Below are positions 20,676-28,793 of a stretch of DNA of 32,000 nt, in pieces. The stretch is from Pyrodictium abyssi (GTDB lineage Archaea; Thermoproteota; Thermoprotei_A; Sulfolobales; Pyrodictiaceae): the NCBI RefSeq assembly GCF_036323395.1, contig NZ_AP028907.1:2130001-2162000 (forward strand), in the 5' to 3' direction. The translations under genes were made by a program, and so were the position numbers. The number at the start of each line of letters is the position of its first letter. Position 1 is the stretch's first letter. A model generated the notes under the pieces. It did no database searches. It worked only from the letters and a program-made list of their open reading frames with translations, and was not told where the DNA came from.

Positions 20676-20718
20676 GTCCCGGGGCGGCGGCCGCCGAGGG
20701 GCAGGCCAAGAAGCCGGC

Positions 20719-21297
20719 CTATAAGGGGCCTAGAGCCCTGGAGAGCATGGACGCGGCACGGTGGGCCGTGAAGAGGGGCTCCGGGTGCCTAGTGAAGAGC
20801 TGCAGTCTGCAGACGAGCCTCCAGGCATAGCTATAGTCGGCGCCGTACGGCGCTACCAGGAGGCTCCCCCGGCTACACTCGACGCGCCGGAGCCTAGCCC
20901 AGACATCCTCGAGGATGGCTAGCCTCTTCCTCCAGTCGGGGAAGTGGAGCCTCAGAGCCCTCTCCACAGCCTCGCGGCGCGGCGGGTACCAGTAGACGAC
21001 TACGACCGGCAGCCCGAGCCGGTGCTGGAGCCCGGCCGGGTCGAGGATGTTAAAGCCAGCGAACACCACGGTATCCGTCAGCAGCGCCTCCAAGCCCAGC
21101 CCCTCGGCCTGGGCCCGCCGGGCAAGCCTCTCAGCAACCTCTGTGGCGTCAAGCCCATCCACCTCCACCGTGTCGAGCAGTAACCGGCAGGGGCACAGCT
21201 CCCCGCCGTGCCAGCAGTGCACAGCGAGAACCATGAGCGCGCGGCTCCAGCCCCTCTCGAAGAACCCGTCATCGAGCCCCGCCACACAGCGCTCCAT
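20719..21297 (-). CDS. DUF99 / UPF0215 family protein (endonuclease V-like fold)
   Basis: MERCVAGLDDGFF... and VEVDGLDAT motifs. The ATG at 21297 is preferred over the TTG at 21366. Confidence 0.7.
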   Translation of the reverse strand: MERCVAGLDDGFFERGWSRALMVLAVHCWHGGELCPCRLLLDTVEVDGLDATEVAERLARRAQAEGLGLEALLTDTVVFAGFNILDPAGLQHRLGLPVVVVYWYPPRREAVERALRLHFPDWRKRLAILEDVWARLRRVECSRGSLLVAPYGADYSYAWRLVCRLQLFTRHPEPLFTAHRAASMLSRALGPL

Positions 21298-21554
21298 GGA
21301 CCCTGGCACGCTCCCGTAAGCCCTGGATAACTTCCGGGAGTCAGCGGCTATAGCGCCTCGGGCCAAGGAACCAGGCCGGGATGGCGCGCGAGTCTATATG
21401 GACTACTAGCGGCGGGTTGACGGTCTTCTACTCTACTACATCAAGGGCTCAGCACAGCTGGACCTTTGCCAAGTCCTTCTCACGGTAGAATGCTTAATAG
21501 TGTCGAGGGCCTAGTATATGGTGCAGGAGGAGGCGCCGTTAAGCGTCTGCCTCT

Positions 21555-22160
21555 GTGCGTCTTGGGTTTAGGGTGGGCTGGCTGGAGGTCGCGAAGAGGG
21601 TATACCGTGACCCGGCTTCCTTCGCCTTTACGGTGGTCTTCCCCTTGTCTGTTGTATCCTGGATGCTGCTGAGAGCCTACATCGGGGGCGGCTGGGAGGC
21701 TGTCCGCTCCCTTCTCTCCGGGGGAGGCGGGCTCGCGGCCATAGCCCTCCTCCTGCTAGTCCCGTTTGCCCCGCTGATCGCTGCGTGGCTCGCCTCGCTC
21801 GCCGGCGGGGGCAGCTACGGCTACCTGGTGGAGGACGGGTGTATCCGGTTCTTCATCCTGAGGGCCTACACTGTGCCCCTAGACGAGGCGGAGATAAGGC
21901 TCGTCCCGCTGAGGGAGGTCAGGCCGCTACCTCTAAAGCACGGGGTGCGGCTGAGCGGCTTCGCCGTCCGGGGCCTCCATATAGGCTACTCCCTCCTCGC
22001 TGGCAGCAGGCCGGGCCACGTATTCATCTACGAGCCCGGCGACAAGGCCCTCCTAGTGCTGCACCACGGAAGGAGATTCGTCATAGCCCATCCCGGCGTC
22101 GAGAACGTATACGAGGCACTGCTCAAGCTCCGGGCTGTGAGACCTAGGCTAGCTTTATAG
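21555..22160 (+). CDS. hypothetical membrane protein with two predicted TM helices and a C-terminal soluble domain
   Basis: Hydrophobic stretches FAFTVVFPLSVVSWMLL and LAAIALLLLVPFAPLIAAWLASL. GTG start. No family assigned with confidence. Confidence 0.45.
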   Translation: MRLGFRVGWLEVAKRVYRDPASFAFTVVFPLSVVSWMLLRAYIGGGWEAVRSLLSGGGGLAAIALLLLVPFAPLIAAWLASLAGGGSYGYLVEDGCIRFFILRAYTVPLDEAEIRLVPLREVRPLPLKHGVRLSGFAVRGLHIGYSLLAGSRPGHVFIYEPGDKALLVLHHGRRFVIAHPGVENVYEALLKLRAVRPRLAL

Positions 22161-22259
22161 TGGTATGTGGCCTAGCGTCCCCCTTTAGCCTGGTGCACTC
22201 TCGCGTGCTTTGTCGTGCTGCTGTAGAGCTTGGGATACTAGGATGCATGAAAAGCATAA

Positions 22260-22545
22260 ATGAAGTCGCAATCTGTACTTCTAGCTTGGTGCCATCTATT
22301 GGCATTGGTGAGGGATAGGAGGACTATCGTGCTCGACGAGGAGGTAGCTGATAGGCTGGGCCTAAGCCCCGGGGAGAGGCTCCAGGTAGAGGCTGTCGGG
22401 GGACACGGTAATCATTCTGAGGAGCAGCAAGGAAGTCAGCCAGGAGAAGGTAAAGCAGCTTCTCGAAAAGCTCCGAAAGGGTATCCCCCTAGGAGTGAGC
22501 AGGGATGACCTTAGCCGCGAGAGAATCTACTCTGATAGGGCTTGA
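22260..22545 (+). pseudogene. vapB: AbrB-type VapB antitoxin, probably frameshifted at a G5 run
   Basis: RTIVLDEEVADRLGLSPGERLQVEAVGG is an AbrB-type N-terminus. After GGGGG (22398-22402) the listed frame turns low-complexity (GNHSEEQQGSQPGEGKAAS...), while the -1 frame reads DTVIILRSSKEVSQEKVKQLLEKLRKGIPLGVSRDDLSRERIYSDRA and stops at 22545. The true start is probably downstream of 22260, because a TATA-like GCATAAAT abuts that ATG. Confidence 0.5.
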
Positions 22546-22937
22546 TACGAACATTCTTGTCTACGCACTTGACAGTCTCGCTGGCGAGAAACACAGTATC
22601 GCAGTGGATATAATGGAGGACATGCTACTCAACCCAGACAAGTATGCGATCTCGATACAGAACTTCTCTGAACTCGTGTACGTCGTTAAGAGGAAGCTAC
22701 CTAGCCAGCTGGGTCTAGCAATAGAGCTAATAGAGGCAATTGCGGCGGCTGGCGTAAGGATACTCTACTATACGCCTGCCGAGGTTATACAGGCAGCCCG
22801 TTACCCGCGTAAACGTTTCTGGGAACATGCTCCTCGCATACACGTACCTTAATAGCGGTGTCAACACTATCCTCACAGAGAATGTGGACGACTTTGCCGG
22901 CGTTATCAAGGCTGTAAACCCCTTTCAGAGAGCATAG
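22505..22937 (+). pseudogene. vapC: VapC-type PIN-domain toxin with one frameshift near 22825
   Basis: LIGLDTNILVYALDS...RILYYTPAEVIQAARYPRKRFWE, then in the +1 frame MLLAYTYLNSGVNTILTENVDDFAGVIKAVNPFQRA (stop 22935-22937). Together these give a complete PIN domain including the C-terminal TEN.DDF motif. Confidence 0.7.
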
Positions 22938-23100
22938 GGCGTCGTCTAGGAAACGCGAGTAGAGTCTACGGGCTCTAAAGCCAGCCCGCCGCTATAGCAG
23001 GGCTTGATGGCTGGCCACATGGTCCTCCCCGGCGTATGCCCTTGGTTTCACTTACTGTATTCCCCAGCCAATAACCCTAAACAAGGGGGCTCTACTTGCT

Positions 23101-23844
23101 ATGGTGGTCTACTGGCTGGGAGGCGTGGAGTGCAGGTCGTGCCTGGACGTAATCGGTGGGCATGCTAGTGTGCGCCGCTTCCGCCCCGAGCCCGTAGACC
23201 CCCGGGACCTCGAGAAGATACTGGAGGCTGCCCGCCGCGCCCCGACATCGTGGAACCTCCAGCCGCTCACAGTGACAGCCGTCACAGACCCAGAGCTCCG
23301 CAAGAAGCTAGCCGAGGCCGTGGGCGGCCAGGAGCACGTAGCGGAGGCCCCCGTCTTCCTAGTGTTTAGCGTAGACTACCATAAGCTGCTGGAGGCTGCG
23401 CGCGCGGTGGGCGTGGAGCCGGCAGACCCCGGCCTAGGCCACCTCGTGGTAGGCGCGCTAGACGCCGGGATAGCCTCCGGCTGGGCGGCCCTAGCCGCGG
23501 AGGAGCTCGGCTACGGCGTCGTATTCATAGCGCTCTACTCCAACCCGTGCCGCGTCGCCGACATCCTTGGGCTCCCCCGCCGCGTTATCCCGGTAGTCGG
23601 GCTATGCATAGGCAGGCCGGCTGAGCACCCGGAGCCGAGGCCCCGGCACCCCATGGAGGTGTTCGCTGCCGAGAACCGGTATCCCTCCCCCGAGGGCATG
23701 GCGGAGAAGGTGAGCAGCGTCTACGGGCAGAAGGCTGGCAAGCTATTCAGGTACGTGCTGGCCCCTAGCGGCTACTACGAGAGCGTTGGCGAGACCCTGC
23801 TCCGCTGCATGGAGGAGCGCGGCTACAAGACGCCGGCCAAGTAA
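23101..23844 (+). CDS. nitroreductase-family NAD(P)H-flavin oxidoreductase
   Basis: HASVRRFRPEPV, APTSWNLQP and ALDAGIASG...LGYG motifs typical of NfsA/Frp-like nitroreductases. Confidence 0.9.
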   Translation: MVVYWLGGVECRSCLDVIGGHASVRRFRPEPVDPRDLEKILEAARRAPTSWNLQPLTVTAVTDPELRKKLAEAVGGQEHVAEAPVFLVFSVDYHKLLEAARAVGVEPADPGLGHLVVGALDAGIASGWAALAAEELGYGVVFIALYSNPCRVADILGLPRRVIPVVGLCIGRPAEHPEPRPRHPMEVFAAENRYPSPEGMAEKVSSVYGQKAGKLFRYVLAPSGYYESVGETLLRCMEERGYKTPAK

Positions 23845-23852
23845 ACACGGGC

Positions 23853-23858
23853 TTTTTT
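23853..23858 (+). terminator. oligo-T tract (T6) 9 nt after the nitroreductase stop
   Basis: GGGCTTTTTTAC. Archaeal terminators are commonly oligo-T runs, and such runs are rare in this GC-rich window. Confidence 0.5.
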
Positions 23859-23866
23859 ACAAGAGC

Positions 23867-23881
23867 TAATAACGCTTATTA
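23867..23881 (+). promoter_or_regulatory. perfect palindrome TAATAA-CGC-TTATTA upstream of modA
   Basis: Read directly from the sequence. It lies 38 nt upstream of the GTG at 23919 and could be a TATA box, an operator, or both. Confidence 0.4.
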
Positions 23882-23918
23882 TCAGACCCCATGCGGGGGA
23901 CAACCTGGTGGAGTTTAC

Positions 23919-24806
23919 GTGGACAAGCGAGTCCTCGCAGGCGCGGCCGCCCTCGCAGCCCTCGCGGCACTCGCAGCCCTCTACATCCACGGGACAGGCA
24001 AGGCCCAGACGGGGGAAGCAGAGCTAACGGTCTACCTCTGCGCTGCCGCGAAGAAGCCCTGGCAGGAGCTCGTCGCCGAGTTCGAGCGCGAGACCGGGAT
24101 CCGGGTCAACGCCATATACGGGTCCTCCGGCAAGCTATACTCCACGATAGAGATGACCCGCCGCGGCGACGTCTTCGCCCCCGCATCGCCACAGTACATG
24201 GCCAAGGCGCTGGCTGAGGGCCTAGTGTACCCCGACACGGTGCGGCAGGTAGTCTACCTCCTACCCGAGATAATAGTCCCCAAGGGCAACCCGGCGGGCA
24301 TAGAGAAGCTAGAGGACCTCCTAAAGCCCGGCATACGCATAGCCATAGGCGACCCCGAGCACGTGGTCATAGGCCAGTACGCGGTGGAACTCTTCAAGCA
24401 CAACGGCATGTGGCCCAAGGTGCAGAAGAACATAGTCACCTACGCCGAGAACTTCGCCAAGCTGGCGACCCTCGTAGCAGCCGGCACAGTAGACGCCATC
24501 ATAGGCTGGCACGTCACATACTACTGGTACCCAGACCGCACCGAGATAGTCTGGCTCAAGCCGGGCCAGGTCCCCGAGGCAAGCTACATACCGATAGCGG
24601 TGCTAAAAACCAGCAAGAACCCAGAGGCGGCCAGGAAGTTCATCGAGTTCGTCACGGAGTCCGAGTACGCCAAGCGGGTGTGGAGCCGCTACCACTACCT
24701 CACGAGCCCAGAGGAGGTAGAGGAGAAGGCGCCAGGCGCCCGGATACCCAGCATCCAGGAGATAGCAGAGAAGCTAGCATCCGAGACAACGGCCTCCAGC
24801 GGCTAA
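23919..24806 (+). CDS. modA: molybdate/tungstate ABC transporter substrate-binding protein
   Basis: N-terminal signal/anchor (AAALAALAALAALY). LTVYLCAAAKKP...AIYGSSGKLYSTI...GDVFAPAS matches the ModA/WtpA periplasmic-binding fold pattern. Confidence 0.85.
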   Translation: MDKRVLAGAAALAALAALAALYIHGTGKAQTGEAELTVYLCAAAKKPWQELVAEFERETGIRVNAIYGSSGKLYSTIEMTRRGDVFAPASPQYMAKALAEGLVYPDTVRQVVYLLPEIIVPKGNPAGIEKLEDLLKPGIRIAIGDPEHVVIGQYAVELFKHNGMWPKVQKNIVTYAENFAKLATLVAAGTVDAIIGWHVTYYWYPDRTEIVWLKPGQVPEASYIPIAVLKTSKNPEAARKFIEFVTESEYAKRVWSRYHYLTSPEEVEEKAPGARIPSIQEIAEKLASETTASSG

Positions 24807-24830
24807 GCACGCACCACCCCCTCTACCCGT

Positions 24831-25301
24831 TTACCCGCGGCGGGGCTCTATGCTGCGCAGCGCCTCGAGCACGTGCTCCACCTTTTCACGGGGGTAGGCC
24901 TCGAGGCCCCCATCCCTCCGGAGGACTATAGCCACCGGCTTGACCAGCCGGGAGCCCTCTGTGCAGCTCCGGAGTAGGCCCCGAAGGAGTATGTATAGCT
25001 CGGGCCGACCCCAGCGCAGCCTTACCCCGTGCGCGTCAGCCTCCTTGATGACTCTCTCCACCAGCTCGTCGAGTATAGCCCCCTCGTCGGCCTCGACGAG
25101 TATGCCTGTGGCTAGTGTGTAGGCTGCTAGTGTCTCCCACGCGGCCTCAACGTTGGCCACCGCGCGGCGGTACGTCGCGGCAGCGTCCTGCCTAGTGGTG
25201 CCTAGCCGCCGCGCTATCTCGGAGAACCCGAGCCCGTGGCTATCGTGGAGCGCTAGCACGGTTAGCTGCTTGTCTGTGAGCAGCCCGAAGCGCCGGGCCA
25301 C
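24831..25301 (-). CDS. tfx: Tfx-family DNA-binding protein
   Basis: LLTDKQLTVLALHDSHGLGFSEIARRLGTTRQDAAATYRRAVANVEAAWETL matches the Tfx N-terminal HTH pattern (LT..Q..VL.LR..G.SQ.EIA..L.T.R.NV...E..A..). About 90 aa of C-terminal domain. GTG start. Confidence 0.7.
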   Translation of the reverse strand: MARRFGLLTDKQLTVLALHDSHGLGFSEIARRLGTTRQDAAATYRRAVANVEAAWETLAAYTLATGILVEADEGAILDELVERVIKEADAHGVRLRWGRPELYILLRGLLRSCTEGSRLVKPVAIVLRRDGGLEAYPREKVEHVLEALRSIEPRRG

Positions 25302-25314
25302 GGCTCACACTCTA

Positions 25315-25382
25315 TGTAAAGCTAGTCTTGTTTACACATGCTTTAAATCTCATGCAGAGGTGGTAAGTATGCCAGCTTTACA
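25315..25382. promoter_or_regulatory. tfx-modB divergent spacer with TGTAAA/TTTACA repeats around a TTTAAAT box
   Basis: TGTAAA at 25315-25320, TTTACA at 25331-25336 and 25377-25382, CATGC at 25337-25341 and 25351-25355, flanking TTTAAAT at 25342-25348. Confidence 0.45.
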
Positions 25383-25388
25383 TAGGGT

Positions 25389-26177
25389 GTGGCTCGGGGC
25401 TGCGCCATGGGCGCGGACAGCGTGGCTCTACGCCTGCCAGCGGTCGGCCTCGTACTAGTGTTCGCCGCGGTCCTAGCCTCGATATTCGCCTGGAGCAGCC
25501 CCTCGGGGGTCGCCAGGGCTCTAGCCTCGAGCGAGACGCTCTTCGCCATAGGCCTGAGCCTCGCTACAGCCCTCGCCGCGGCGGGGCTTGCCCTGGTCCT
25601 CGGCGTGCCAGTCGCCTACGCTATGGCCAGGGGCCTGCTGCCCGGCGGCCGCGTCGCGGAGACGCTGCTCCTCATACCCTTCGGCATGCCGCCGGTGGCG
25701 GTGGGTGCGGCTCTCCTCATATTCTTCACCAATACGCCGCCGGGTAGCCTCCTCGACGAGCTGCTGCGCGTAGTCTTCACGCCCCGGGGCCTAGTCGTGG
25801 CACAGTTCTTCGTAGTGTACCCCATGGCTCTGCGCGTCCTCAAGACCAGCTTCGCCTCTGTGGACCCCAGGTACGAGGCCGTGGCCCGTACCCTCGGCTA
25901 CACGAGGCTCCAGACGCTGCTCCGCGTAACCCTGCCCATGGCTAGGCGCGGCGTCCTCTCAGCATTCCTGCTCTCCTTCATACGCGCGCTGGGCGAGTTC
26001 GGCGCCTCGGTAACCCTAGCGGGTGCCGTCAGGTTCAAGACAGAGACCCTGCCCATAGCTATCTACCTCTCCATAAGCGGCGGCGACCTGGACCTAGCCG
26101 TGGCGCTGATGACGGTCTCCGTCCTGGTGGCCGGGGCCTCGGTAGCCGCCCTACTATCCCTCGAGAAGAAGGGGTAG
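25389..26177 (+). CDS. modB: molybdate/tungstate ABC transporter permease
   Basis: Multi-TM protein with the EAA-loop-like region EAVARTLGYTRLQTLLRVTLPMARRG. The start could be GTG 25389 or ATG 25407. Confidence 0.9.
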   Translation: MARGCAMGADSVALRLPAVGLVLVFAAVLASIFAWSSPSGVARALASSETLFAIGLSLATALAAAGLALVLGVPVAYAMARGLLPGGRVAETLLLIPFGMPPVAVGAALLIFFTNTPPGSLLDELLRVVFTPRGLVVAQFFVVYPMALRVLKTSFASVDPRYEAVARTLGYTRLQTLLRVTLPMARRGVLSAFLLSFIRALGEFGASVTLAGAVRFKTETLPIAIYLSISGGDLDLAVALMTVSVLVAGASVAALLSLEKKG

Positions 26178-26207
26178 CAGCCCCCGGGGCCCGGAGGCGG
26201 TGGCGCG

Positions 26208-27311
26208 TTGACGCTGGCTCTCCGCGTCGAGGACCTCTGGGTAGAACGCGGCGGCCGGACAGTACTCCAGGGCGTGAGCCTGGGCGCCGAGAAGGCCTCA
26301 GTCCTGGTAGTGCTCGGCCCCAACGGCGCCGGGAAGACCACGCTGCTGAACACTATAGCGGGCCTCCTGGAGCCCAGCCGCGGCCTAGTAGAGATCATGG
26401 GCGAGACCGTCTACGCGAGCGGCCCGCCCCGAGTCAACGTGCCGCCGGAGCGGCGCGGCGTAGCACTCGTGCCCCAGGAGTACGCGCTCTTCCCCCACAT
26501 GACCGTCTACGAGAACATCGCCTTCGGGCTCCGCGCCCGCCGGCTCCCCGAGGAGGAGATAAGGGCCCGCGTACGCGAGATGGCGGAGCTCCTCGGCCTC
26601 ACCGGGCTCCTCGACCGGCACCCGGGCCAGCTCAGTGGCGGCCAGCGGCAGCGCGTAGCACTGGCGAGGGCCCTCGCCGTGGAGCCCAAGCTCCTCCTCA
26701 TGGACGAGCCGTTCAGCGCCATGGATGCTCCTAGCAGGGAGCGGCTCCGCACCGAGCTACGGGGTATACTCCGCCGGCTCCGCGTCACCACGGTGATGGT
26801 TACACACAGCTTCGCGGACGCTTGGAGCATCGGCGACCGGATAGCGATACTCCGCGGCGGCCGCCTGGTAGCTGACGCGCCGCCAGGCGAGCTAGCCACC
26901 AGGCCCCTACGCTACGGCGCGGCCGAGTTCCTAGGCTACACTGTGCTAGAGGCCCGAGTGCTAGAGACCAGGGGGGACACAGTAGTGCTCGAGGTCGAGG
27001 GCCTAGGCCGGCTAGAAGCCAAAGCCGATGCAGCTCTGGAGCCCGGGGCCCGCGCCCGGGTAGCCATAAGGCCTGACGACATAGTGGTCTCAGGGAAGCC
27101 CGTAGCCCGGGTTAACACCTACGCTGCCCGCGTAGCCGAGGCCCTCGTCACCCGCTACGGCGTACGCCTACGCCTCGAAGCAGGCAGCGTCACGCTCCAG
27201 GTAGAGCAGGCCAGAGGCCCACTACTAGCAACGCTAGGCCGCCTACCAGGGCCCGGGGACACCCTCTACATCCACATACCGCCAGACCTGGTAGACGTGG
27301 CGCCGAGCTAG
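26208..27311 (+). CDS. modC: molybdate/tungstate ABC transporter ATP-binding protein with a C-terminal TOBE-like domain
   Basis: Walker A GPNGAGKT, signature LSGGQRQRVALARAL, Walker B LLLMDEP and H-loop VTHS. TTG start. Confidence 0.92.
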   Translation: MTLALRVEDLWVERGGRTVLQGVSLGAEKASVLVVLGPNGAGKTTLLNTIAGLLEPSRGLVEIMGETVYASGPPRVNVPPERRGVALVPQEYALFPHMTVYENIAFGLRARRLPEEEIRARVREMAELLGLTGLLDRHPGQLSGGQRQRVALARALAVEPKLLLMDEPFSAMDAPSRERLRTELRGILRRLRVTTVMVTHSFADAWSIGDRIAILRGGRLVADAPPGELATRPLRYGAAEFLGYTVLEARVLETRGDTVVLEVEGLGRLEAKADAALEPGARARVAIRPDDIVVSGKPVARVNTYAARVAEALVTRYGVRLRLEAGSVTLQVEQARGPLLATLGRLPGPGDTLYIHIPPDLVDVAPS

Positions 27312-27389
27312 GCGGCTTCGATAGCTTAAACCTTAATGAGGCTCTACGCATTTCCAACAAGCCTATAGACGGGCAGGTGTCTAGCGGAC

Positions 27390-28001
27390 TTGGCGCAGTT
27401 TGCTCGTGCACTGGAGAAGCCGCTACCAAAGCCCGAGAAGAACCTAGTAGGCTACGCCTCTGCCCGTGTCCTGGAGGCCCTGCTAGAGGGTATACTCGCT
27501 CTCGAGTTCCTCAAGCAGGGTTACACGAGGAGCGCCGCCGGGAAGGCGTTCCAGGCCTGGAGAGCACTGACGGCGGCGATACTAGCCCTAGAGAAGGAGA
27601 AGCTGGAGAAGCATATGGAGAGGAATGAGCAGAGGAGATGGCTAGAGGAGGTAGCGATACCCCGGGTACCCAGTAGCAAGCTTAAGCCGCTGTCTAGGCT
27701 CGTGGAGAAGAGTGGCTACAGCTACTTCTCCCTCTACACCGACCGGGCGCTTGACCTCCACGACTACCAGCTCCACGGCCCGGACCCCTCCGGGGAGCTG
27801 AGCAAGTACCCTAGCGAGAGCGACGCGGTAGAAGACATCCTGTCACTGCTGCAGGAGCTGCTACGCATAGTAACTGCCAGAGCCAAGCCTAGCCTAGAAA
27901 AGGCAAAAGCCTGGTCTAAGAGCCATGACGAGGCGGCTAGGCAGCTAGAGGAGAAACTAGCAAAGATACTCCAAAGTCATACGGGGAGTTCCGGAGCATG
28001 A
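27390..28001 (+). CDS. PaREP1-family protein (function unknown)
   Basis: YASARVLEALLEGILALEFLKQGYTRSAAGKAFQAWRALTAAILAL resembles the PaREP1 N-terminal helical signature as I recall it. All-helical, 203 aa. Confidence 0.5.
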   Translation: MAQFARALEKPLPKPEKNLVGYASARVLEALLEGILALEFLKQGYTRSAAGKAFQAWRALTAAILALEKEKLEKHMERNEQRRWLEEVAIPRVPSSKLKPLSRLVEKSGYSYFSLYTDRALDLHDYQLHGPDPSGELSKYPSESDAVEDILSLLQELLRIVTARAKPSLEKAKAWSKSHDEAARQLEEKLAKILQSHTGSSGA

Positions 28002-28007
28002 CCCCGG

Positions 28008-28036
28008 GCCAGCAGCCGTTCGGAGGGGCTGCTGGC
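28008..28036 (+). terminator. 9-bp GC hairpin GCCAGCAGC-(11 nt)-GCTGCTGGC directly after the PaREP1 stop
   Basis: Read directly from the sequence. A TTTT run follows at 28067-28070. Confidence 0.3.
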
Positions 28037-28113
28037 GTCTTCTGGGGCTGTGCCCCCGGCGGCCGTATTTTGGCCCCCGGGCCCGGGGGACCAGGCCCGG
28101 GGGTTCTGGCGGC

Positions 28114-28725
28114 TTGAGCGGCAAAGTGGCGCCCTGGATCCCGACGCCGGTCAGCGTTGTGTACGCTGCCCTGGAGGCTGCGTGGGCTGGGCCCTGCGAC
28201 GTTGTCTACGACCTGGGCTCCGGCGACGGCCGGGCAGTGGTGATAGCCGCTAGGGACTTCTGCGTGGAGAAGGCTGTCGGCGTGGAGCTCGACCCGGCGC
28301 TCGTGGAGCTCTCCAAGGCCAAGGCGAGGATGGACGGTGTAGCCGGCCGCGTAGAGATAGTCGAGGACGACTTCTTCAGGGTGAGCATCCGCGGGGCCAC
28401 GCTCGTCTACATCTACCTGTACATGAGCATCAACGAGAAGCTGAGGCCTAAGCTAGAGGAGGAGCTGAGGCCCGGCGCCCGGGTGGTTACGATAGACTTC
28501 CCTGTGCCAGGCTGGACGCCGGTCTACACCCGGAGGCTCCGCGACGAGAACGACATACTCCGCACAGTACACGTCTACGTGATAGGCGTCAGCGACCAGC
28601 GCTGGACGAGGCTAGGCACACGGCTAGAGGAGCCCGGCCCCGAGCTGGAAGCCCTGGTACACTGCACCCGGGACCCGCCGCCCGGCTGTAGGCCTCGCCG
28701 CGGCCCCCGAGCGGGCAGCGGGTAG
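28114..28725 (+). CDS. class I SAM-dependent methyltransferase, aKMT-like (crenarchaeal protein lysine methyltransferase family)
   Basis: WIPTPVSVV...VVYDLGSGDGRAVVIAARDF..KAVGVELDP...ATLVYIYLYMSINEKLRPKLEEELRPGARVVTIDFPVPGW.P parallels Sulfolobus aKMT (VPYVPTP...VYDLGCGDGRI..., from memory). It carries an extra Pro/Arg-rich tail of about 40 aa. Confidence 0.75.
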   Translation: MSGKVAPWIPTPVSVVYAALEAAWAGPCDVVYDLGSGDGRAVVIAARDFCVEKAVGVELDPALVELSKAKARMDGVAGRVEIVEDDFFRVSIRGATLVYIYLYMSINEKLRPKLEEELRPGARVVTIDFPVPGWTPVYTRRLRDENDILRTVHVYVIGVSDQRWTRLGTRLEEPGPELEALVHCTRDPPPGCRPRRGPRAGSG

Positions 28726-28793
28726 CCGCCCGTAGCCCCCGGGCCCCTAGGGATAATCCCCTGCAGCGGCTCTAGCTGGCCCCTGGGGCGGCG

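Noticed and set aside
28074-28089. Perfect 16-nt palindrome CCCCCGGGCCCGGGGG upstream of the aKMT-like gene
   Set aside because: CCCGGG-type palindromes are frequent in this GC-rich genome, with many CCCGGG or CCCCGGGG words in the window. Without a second copy or a positional pattern I treat it as compositional.
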